From: Alphaproteobacteria bacterium
GTDB taxonomy: Bacteria > Pseudomonadota > Alphaproteobacteria > RF32 > CAG-239
Assembly: GCA_045632645.1 (NCBI GenBank)
Contig: JAZQXC010000014.1
Location: forward strand, 104,637-168,636
Length of the DNA: 64,000 nucleotides
Reading direction: 5' to 3'
Both the position numbers and the translations under genes were made by a program. Under the pieces are notes generated by a model. The model saw only the letters and a program-made list of their open reading frames with translations, did not search any database and was not told the origin of the DNA. This document shows positions 57,971 to 64,000 of this stretch, piece after piece; the first letter of the stretch is position 1, and every line of letters begins with the position of its first letter.

Positions 57971-59389
57971 ATGCAAGATTATATAGATTTTTTTCGTGAA
58001 GAAGCAAAACGTTTATTAAAATCCCTTAAAAATAACGATAAAGACGCTAAAAAGAGGTGTTTTACCGTTTTTGGTGATAGAGAAGATTTATCTTTAATGA
58101 ATATCCAACACGTTATAGCCAAAGAATATGGTTTTGAAAGCTGGAATGATTTAATTAAACAAGACCCTTTCAAATTAGCTGAAGTTTTAGTATTTGCAAA
58201 AAATAAAACCATCAACACCCCATTTAAAAAGTTTGGTAGTAATAATGTTTCCTCAGCAGAAAGAAGTGATTATAGTGTGCTAAAACAACCTTCTTTAATT
58301 TATGATGAGAATGAAAAAACACTTGTTCAAAAACTTAATCCTCAATCTCCAACTCCTTTCATATCAAAATATATAAATATCACTCAAGCAGATATCTCAG
58401 AGTATGATTTATCAAAACTTAATCCCATTAATACATCCTATTCTAATCTAACTGTTTGGCCTAATAACGCATCAAAAATGCCCAAAGGATTTAACCCTAA
58501 AGAGTTTCTAGAGCAACGTAAAAACCCAGGGCTTGGCATTAAAACTCTTCATAAACTTGGTACAAAAGGGCAAAATCGTGCAGTAGCTATAATAGACTGT
58601 TGGAATCTTTCCGATCATCTAGAATACCATAGCTCTCTAAAAGGATATGAAGAAATTGGTGAAAACTTTTTAAATGGTAGCACCGCCACAGAACTAGTTT
58701 CATCAATAGTAGGGAGAACTTGTGGTATTGCGCCTTTTGCTGATGCATATTACTATGCAGTAGATGACCTTCGTTCAAAAGAATCTCCTAGGGGGTCACA
58801 AATAAATTTTGCTAAAGCAATTAAAAATGTTTGTGAACTTCATAAAAAACTCAAACAAGATGGAAAAAATGGAATAGATATAATTCATATACAACCCGCT
58901 TTAACCTCGAAAGCATTTCAAACAGATGATGGTTATGATGAAACCTTAAACGCAGTAAAAGAAGCAGAGGCCCTAGGCATTTGGTGTAATATATCTCATA
59001 GCTTCAGAGAAATAAAATACTTTAGAGAAGAGCGTGTTTATTGTAAATTCGGTGGCAATTTAGATAACCCAAATGATTATGAGTTAACAGAATATTCTGT
59101 TCTCCATAAAATACCTCATGCTGATAGAGAAAAATTTGAAATGTCACTTTGTTTCCCTGGTGGCGCAAGAACGGTTGCCTCAGAATTAAAAATGAACGCA
59201 TACAATGTTCAATATTGTTCTGGTTCCCTATCAGGTGCTTACGCAACAGGTTTATACCTTTTAGCTAAAAGCGTAAAAGAAAACATAACACCACTAGAGT
59301 TTTTTGAACAAGGATTAAAAACTGGTACCTTCAAAGAAGGCGTCGGCACAATCATTAACCCAGTAGCCCTAATCGAAAGCTTGAAGTAA
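57971..59389 (+). CDS. subtilase (peptidase S8)-fold protein, paralog A; catalytic His apparently substituted
   Basis: IKTLHKLGTKGQNRAVAIIDCW aligns with subtilisin [24 protein letters not shown] (Asp retained); GSTATELVSSIVG..GIAPFADAYYYAV aligns with HGTHVAGTVAAL..GVAPSASLYAVKV with His replaced; SGSLSGAYATG near the Ser221 region; ~150-aa N-terminal extension. Confidence 0.5.
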   Translation: MQDYIDFFREEAKRLLKSLKNNDKDAKKRCFTVFGDREDLSLMNIQHVIAKEYGFESWNDLIKQDPFKLAEVLVFAKNKTINTPFKKFGSNNVSSAERSDYSVLKQPSLIYDENEKTLVQKLNPQSPTPFISKYINITQADISEYDLSKLNPINTSYSNLTVWPNNASKMPKGFNPKEFLEQRKNPGLGIKTLHKLGTKGQNRAVAIIDCWNLSDHLEYHSSLKGYEEIGENFLNGSTATELVSSIVGRTCGIAPFADAYYYAVDDLRSKESPRGSQINFAKAIKNVCELHKKLKQDGKNGIDIIHIQPALTSKAFQTDDGYDETLNAVKEAEALGIWCNISHSFREIKYFREERVYCKFGGNLDNPNDYELTEYSVLHKIPHADREKFEMSLCFPGGARTVASELKMNAYNVQYCSGSLSGAYATGLYLLAKSVKENITPLEFFEQGLKTGTFKEGVGTIINPVALIESLK

Positions 59390-59403
59390 TATATATAAAA
59401 CAA

Positions 59404-59424
59404 CGGGAGGGTATTCCCCTCCCA
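59404..59424 (+). terminator. GC-rich stem-loop GGGAGGG-TATTC-CCCTCCC
   Basis: 7-bp G/C stem in an AT-rich genome, 15 nt after the paralog A stop. Confidence 0.45.
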
Positions 59425-59454
59425 ATCTTTAAAACAAAAAAAGAGGACTTTTTT

Positions 59455-61395
59455 ATGACAAACGCTAAAACATCTGCAAAACCTCAAAGCTTTTTAGCCT
59501 TTGAGAAAGAAAGATTAGTAAAACTATATAATTTTATAAAAGGGATAAAAACAAAAGATCCAAAAAAAGAAATATCCCCCATATCATTAGCTATTAAATC
59601 TTATAAAAATATTGCTCCACAGTGTAGATCAATTTTTAGAAAGTGTGTGTTGTCAAGCTTTCTTTCGGGTGTTGCAGAAGGATTGATACCAATAACATCT
59701 ATGTATGTATACAATTCACTACCAGCAGTTGCTACTGGAAGCAAAAATGCAGTGCTGATTTTTATACTATTTTATTGTATCTACAAACTAAGGGATGTTG
59801 TAGGAGAGTTTTTGATTGGGAAAATGCACCAAAATTCCCAAAAACTATCAGAAGCAATTGTTTCAACAAATCTTGCTTCTAATTATATAGACATTACCAA
59901 TAAACCAAGAGCATTTTTCACAATAAACAATCCTGCTACATTGTCTTCTATTTCATTACGCCTAAACACAGCAATATATAACATATTAAGAGATACTGTC
60001 GGCATAATAAGAGAGTTTATTATTACTTTAATCGCTTTATACAGTCTGTTTATTGTGTCTGCAAAATTCGTCGTATTATTTTTATTTGTTTCGTGGCTAT
60101 ATATTGAAATATCAACATATATGCAGGAAATAAAAAGAGTTATTACACAAAAAAAATCCATAATAAAATCACATGTAGATAAGCAAAACAGCGATACTTT
60201 ACAAAATTCACCACTCATTCAAGATGCATTATCACAAAAACGAGAATATAAAATGATTTTAAGTCGAAACAACAAGAGTTTTAATACTTGTATAAAAGAA
60301 ATTTATATAAACATAATGAATGAAGCTTATTTAAGAATAGTTGCAGATTTGATTTTTTCTGCAATTGTATGTGTTTATGCTATATATGATATTATAGAAA
60401 CCAAAGATATTGGTAGATTTGCTTTAATTGTTACCGCAACAAATAGTGTTAGAATGAGATTTAGGGGATATGCATATTTATATATAAGCGTAATGAGTGC
60501 AAGAAACAATTATTTAGATGCCGATAAATTGTTAGCAACCCCGCGCGCACTAGAGCTCAAAACAGGTTCCAAAAAACTAACCTCCAAAGATAATGTTATA
60601 AACATAAAAGATATTCGCTTTTCATATCCAAAAATCAAAGATATAACCACTTTCGGAGCTGAAAAAGAAACAATTGAGCGTGGAAACGAAGTTATAAAAG
60701 GTATTACAACCACTATAAATCCAGGGGAAATAACGGTTGTTGCCGGCACATCTGGTGAGGGCAAAACAACCCTAATGAGTTTAATACGCCATGATTACGA
60801 CCTAACATCAGGTTCAATAAAACTTGGCACAAAAACTTTAACATCTCTTTCAGATAACGAGATAAATAAACAAATAGCATTTGTTGATCAAAAAGTTCAC
60901 TTCTTTGACCAAACTTTGTTATATAACTTAAAATATTTCAAACAAAACGCTAGCCAAGAAGAATTAAAAAAAGCTTTAGATTCTGCAGGGCTTACAGAAG
61001 ATATTTCTAATCTAAAAGATGGTTTATATCATAGAATAGGACAAGATGGACGTGCATTATCAGGTGGTCAGCGTCAACGTTTAGCCTTAGCGCGCATTTT
61101 CTTAACTGATCGCCCAATAATGATATTAGACGAGCCAACCACAGGTTTAGACCAAGTGTTAAGCTTCAAAATTATGAAAACCTTAAAAGAAAAAGCAAAA
61201 GATAAAACAGTGTTGCTCGTAACGCATAACCCGACAGAAATAGCTCTTGCAGACAGAGTAATTATAATTAAAAATGGTAAAATACAACGCGACGGTACAC
61301 CGCTTGAATTGATAGAAACATCTCCATTCTTAAAATCAAGCCTAACCAAGCAAGATATCTTAAGCAAACAAAAATTATTTTCTAAAATCTCTTAA
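59455..61395 (+). CDS. ABC exporter, fused 6-TM permease plus ATPase (type I exporter)
   Basis: TM domain then Walker A GTSGEGKTT, signature LSGGQRQRLALARI, Walker B ILDEPTTGLD, H-loop VTHN. Confidence 0.8.
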   Translation: MTNAKTSAKPQSFLAFEKERLVKLYNFIKGIKTKDPKKEISPISLAIKSYKNIAPQCRSIFRKCVLSSFLSGVAEGLIPITSMYVYNSLPAVATGSKNAVLIFILFYCIYKLRDVVGEFLIGKMHQNSQKLSEAIVSTNLASNYIDITNKPRAFFTINNPATLSSISLRLNTAIYNILRDTVGIIREFIITLIALYSLFIVSAKFVVLFLFVSWLYIEISTYMQEIKRVITQKKSIIKSHVDKQNSDTLQNSPLIQDALSQKREYKMILSRNNKSFNTCIKEIYINIMNEAYLRIVADLIFSAIVCVYAIYDIIETKDIGRFALIVTATNSVRMRFRGYAYLYISVMSARNNYLDADKLLATPRALELKTGSKKLTSKDNVINIKDIRFSYPKIKDITTFGAEKETIERGNEVIKGITTTINPGEITVVAGTSGEGKTTLMSLIRHDYDLTSGSIKLGTKTLTSLSDNEINKQIAFVDQKVHFFDQTLLYNLKYFKQNASQEELKKALDSAGLTEDISNLKDGLYHRIGQDGRALSGGQRQRLALARIFLTDRPIMILDEPTTGLDQVLSFKIMKTLKEKAKDKTVLLVTHNPTEIALADRVIIIKNGKIQRDGTPLELIETSPFLKSSLTKQDILSKQKLFSKIS

Positions 61396-61400
61396 AACAA

Positions 61401-61430
61401 AAGGCTCTAGATTTTCCTAGAGCCTTTTCG
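61401..61430 (+). terminator. rho-independent terminator
   Basis: AAGGCTCTAG-ATTTTC-CTAGAGCCTT followed by TTCGTTT. Confidence 0.6.
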
Positions 61431-61474
61431 TTTCACTACTAAACAAAATTAAGCGTATCTTTTTGCCATAAAAT

Positions 61475-61507
61475 AACCATCTACAAAGTAGGTGGTTATT
61501 TTTTTAA
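61475..61507 (+). terminator. second terminator hairpin, homologous to the one at 57756
   Basis: AACCATCTA-CAAAG-TAGGTGGTT followed by ATTTTTTTAA. Confidence 0.5.
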
Positions 61508-61516
61508 CACTTTGTA

Positions 61517-61545
61517 TTGACAAAAAGGTGTTTTTATGATAAAAC
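61517..61545 (+). promoter_or_regulatory. sigma-70-like promoter TTGACA-17-(TGA)TAAAAC
   Basis: same architecture and spacing as the promoter at 57798; weaker -10. Confidence 0.4.
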
Positions 61546-61690
61546 AATCACCATGAGCTAGGCAAGCGCTCGGTATGTCCGCCAAAGTGAAACATTGCCA
61601 TAATGATTTTATTACATAAATTTCTTTTAAATAGCTTATCAATGCTAATCGGACAGGCAATAGGATAGGTTATTTAGAAAGGAATATGAT

Positions 61691-63079
61691 ATGACAAAGT
61701 ATATTGAATACTTCCAAGTTGAAGCAAAGTGTCTTTTAAAAGACTTTAAGAAAAATTTCCCCGAAGCCAAATCAAGATGTGAAACATATTTTAGTGGTAG
61801 AGATTCATTGTCTTTAATGAATACTCAACATGTTATTGCCAAAGAATATGGTTTTGAAAGCTGGAATGATTTAATCAAACAAGAACCACACAAACTAGCA
61901 GAGGCACTAATTGTTGCAAAAAACAAAACCTTTAATAGTCCGTTCAAATTATGGCACGGAGGTCGCATAACAACAGGTTACGAAGAAAATAAATACAAAC
62001 TTCATAAACCGGAAGATTATCAATTAAAATATGATGCTAAAAAGAAAGCATTTATAAGTGATAGAAGCGAATATACCTCTTTTGAACATTTAGATGTATC
62101 AGATTATGATTTATCTGGCATAGACCCATTAAAAATACGCTATTCAGAAGATACCAAATGGTCGGAAGACCCAGCCAAATTACCTCTAGGTTTTAATCCA
62201 AAAGAGTTTTTGGAATCTCGCAAAAACCCTGGGCTAGGCATTAAAACTCTTCACAAACTTGGCATAAAAGGACAAGGACGAAATATCGTAATTATTGATA
62301 ACTTTCGCTTGTTTAATCATATAGAATATCAAAATTCTCTAAAAGGTTATGAAGAAATTGGTTTTGACCCCACAAATTATGGCGGTGGAGCTGGTGGTTC
62401 GCTAATATCAGCATTAGTTGGCAAAACTTGTGGCATAGCTCCATCTTCAAATGCTTATTTTTATGCAGTAGATAATAACAACTATACAAGCCAAATAAAT
62501 TATGCAATAGCAATCAAAAAAGTTTGTGAACTTCATAAAAAACTAATTGCAGAAGGTGAAAATGGTATAGATGTTATCTTCACTTTTCGCGATTTAACTA
62601 ATGAAAACTTTTCAAATATAGAAGGTTATGAAGAAACCCTAAACGCTATAAAAGAAGCTGAAGATTTAGGCATTTGGTATAATTGTGCAGGCGTATTAAA
62701 TTCTAAAGAAAACTCAAATATAAGACTTGGTCATATATATTGTAAATTAGATGGCAATGTTGATAATTCATCCGATTACATTCCATTAAGAGCACCTAAT
62801 TCAAAATGGAGATTGATTGATAATTATAAAAATGCTCTATGCTTCCCTTGTGGTGCAAAAACAGTTTCTTTAGATGTAAAAATGGACGAATACGTTTTTG
62901 AGCATTATTCTAATAGATATGCATCAACTTACGCTTCTGGACTTTATTTATTAGCTAAAAGCATAAAAGAAACCATAACACCATATGAGTTCTTTGAGCT
63001 AGGGCTAAAAACTGGTGATTTTATAAAAGGCGTTGGCACAATCATCAATCCAACTCGCCTAATCGAAAGCTTAAAATAA
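61691..63079 (+). CDS. subtilase (peptidase S8)-fold protein, paralog B; catalytic His apparently substituted
   Basis: ~55-65% identical to paralog A, including HVIAKEYGFESWNDLIKQ, NPGLGIKTLHKLG and GVGTIINP..LIESLK; GGAGGSLISALVG in place of the HGTHVAG block. Confidence 0.5.
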   Translation: MTKYIEYFQVEAKCLLKDFKKNFPEAKSRCETYFSGRDSLSLMNTQHVIAKEYGFESWNDLIKQEPHKLAEALIVAKNKTFNSPFKLWHGGRITTGYEENKYKLHKPEDYQLKYDAKKKAFISDRSEYTSFEHLDVSDYDLSGIDPLKIRYSEDTKWSEDPAKLPLGFNPKEFLESRKNPGLGIKTLHKLGIKGQGRNIVIIDNFRLFNHIEYQNSLKGYEEIGFDPTNYGGGAGGSLISALVGKTCGIAPSSNAYFYAVDNNNYTSQINYAIAIKKVCELHKKLIAEGENGIDVIFTFRDLTNENFSNIEGYEETLNAIKEAEDLGIWYNCAGVLNSKENSNIRLGHIYCKLDGNVDNSSDYIPLRAPNSKWRLIDNYKNALCFPCGAKTVSLDVKMDEYVFEHYSNRYASTYASGLYLLAKSIKETITPYEFFELGLKTGDFIKGVGTIINPTRLIESLK

Positions 63080-63092
63080 TTTTATTATAATA

Positions 63093-63112
63093 GGGGAGGG
63101 TTTTCCCTCCCC
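63093..63112 (+). terminator. GC-rich stem-loop GGGGAGGG-TTTT-CCCTCCCC
   Basis: paralogous to the hairpin at 59404, 14 nt after the paralog B stop. Confidence 0.45.
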
Positions 63113-63132
63113 GACCCGATAAAGGAGTAAAA

Positions 63133-63615
63133 ATGAGTAATATAGAAATCAAAATAGCCACCCTAAATGATGTTGAAGAGTTAGGAAAAATGCACTATGC
63201 GAGCTGTATTTTGCATAGCAAGAATTTTAATCAACCTATATTATATACTATTGAAGATATGATAGGTATAACAAAACAGATATTCAATAATCCAAGAACG
63301 GTTTTATTCAAAGCTATTTGCGGTGATGATATTTGTGGATGTTTGTTTTTGTGGATTATTGAGTCTGAAGAAGCAAAAATATGGAACAATGAAGATGAAC
63401 ACATCGGACATATTAGCGAAATATATGTAAAAGAGGAATATCGTCAACAAAAAATAGCTTCCAAAATGATACAATTTGCAGAAGATTATCTCAAACAAAG
63501 AAATATTTATGGGTTAGATTTAGAAGTGTATAAATTTAATAGAGAGGCGTATGAATTATATAAAAAACAAGGATTTGAGGAAATAAAAACATATATGCAT
63601 AAAGAGTTAAAATAA
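63133..63615 (+). CDS. GNAT-family N-acetyltransferase
   Basis: 160 aa; motif A region ISEIYVKEEYRQQKIASKMIQFAE; size and pattern typical of GNAT. Confidence 0.65.
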   Translation: MSNIEIKIATLNDVEELGKMHYASCILHSKNFNQPILYTIEDMIGITKQIFNNPRTVLFKAICGDDICGCLFLWIIESEEAKIWNNEDEHIGHISEIYVKEEYRQQKIASKMIQFAEDYLKQRNIYGLDLEVYKFNREAYELYKKQGFEEIKTYMHKELK

Positions 63616-63880
63616 AAAAAAGAGAAGTTATCTCCTCTTGATACACTTATTATATAGTGTTCAATTAAAAAGTCAAGCAAACTTTTAGACAAAATTTTAA
63701 AAATAATTATTGTCTTAAATAAATTTAAATGAGATAACACAAGAGCAAATTTAATAAGGATACAAAATGATTTATTATATCAAACATCAAATATTTTTAT
63801 TTTCTTAAATTATAAGCCCAAATAATCGGGCAAACATATTTTTATTTAGTGTTTAACCTAATTTAAGAAGGATTTTCTAC

Positions 63881-64000
63881 ATGACTGATATTAAAAAGTC
63901 AGCTCATTCTCATGAGCGACCATTAAGTTTTTTTGCTTATGAAAAACAAAATATAAAAAATATAATTAATTTTGTAAGAGGGATAAAACCCAATACCCAA
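63881..64000 (+). CDS. N-terminus of a second ABC exporter paralog (runs off the window end)
   Basis: MTDIKKSAHSHERPLSFFAYEKQNIKNIINFVRGIKPNTQ parallels MTNAKTSAKPQSFLAFEKERLVKLYNFIKGIKTKDPKK of the exporter at 59455; RBS AAGAAGGA upstream. Confidence 0.5.
   Translation, partial: MTDIKKSAHSHERPLSFFAYEKQNIKNIINFVRGIKPNTQ

Noticed and set aside
63616-63880. Possible weak hairpins (AAGAG..CTCTT; GCCC-AAATAATC-GGGC) and a small ORF in the GNAT-to-ABC-B intergenic region
   Set aside because: Stems are only 4-6 bp with mismatches and lack flanking T-runs. No convincing peptide ORF with an RBS was seen. The region is noted as a place to look for a precursor peptide but no feature is called.

Overview
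This is a 64-kb AT-rich bacterial window, about 30% GC by eye. It is densely coded with short intergenic regions, and the gene content points to an alphaproteobacterium, possibly a Rickettsiales- or Holosporales-like endosymbiont (see findings). Bases 1-43,900 are mostly housekeeping genes; from about 44,000 to the end the window is accessory in character.

Housekeeping content (features): radA; mlaF and mlaE; tsaE with an HprK-like kinase; a Bat-like operon (DUF4381, BatA, BatB, BatD) ending in a membrane SNase-like nuclease; rppH, ctpA, an M23 peptidase and gpmI; a porin with an atypical OmpR-family regulator; exbB, exbD and a TonB-like gene; a family-4 UDG; a TPR lipoprotein; glmM; a clear RNase P RNA (rnpB) immediately upstream of lpxC, bamD and recN; a LOG-family protein; tgt; a J-domain membrane protein; a degenerate ParA/MinD-like ATPase; GST; an RND efflux operon (OMF, AcrB-like, MFP); rpoH; rluD; ligA; infC with a non-ATG start; and a PHP phosphoesterase.

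Accessory content:
1. Two tandem-repeat acidic proteins: one with 5 copies of a 14-aa unit, one with about 11 PTPQGx hexapeptides.
2. An orphan VirD4/TraG-family type IV coupling protein, flanked only by hypothetical membrane proteins.
3. A zeta-toxin-like P-loop kinase with no visible antitoxin.
4. A tandemly duplicated cassette. Each copy carries its own terminator hairpin, a TTGACA-17-TAnAAn promoter and a conserved ~165-nt leader. The genes are a subtilase-fold paralog in which the catalytic His appears to be replaced, a GGGAGGG/CCCTCCC hairpin, a GNAT (copy 2 only) and a 6-TM ABC exporter. The second exporter runs off the window end.

I saw no tRNA, rRNA, CRISPR array or transposase.
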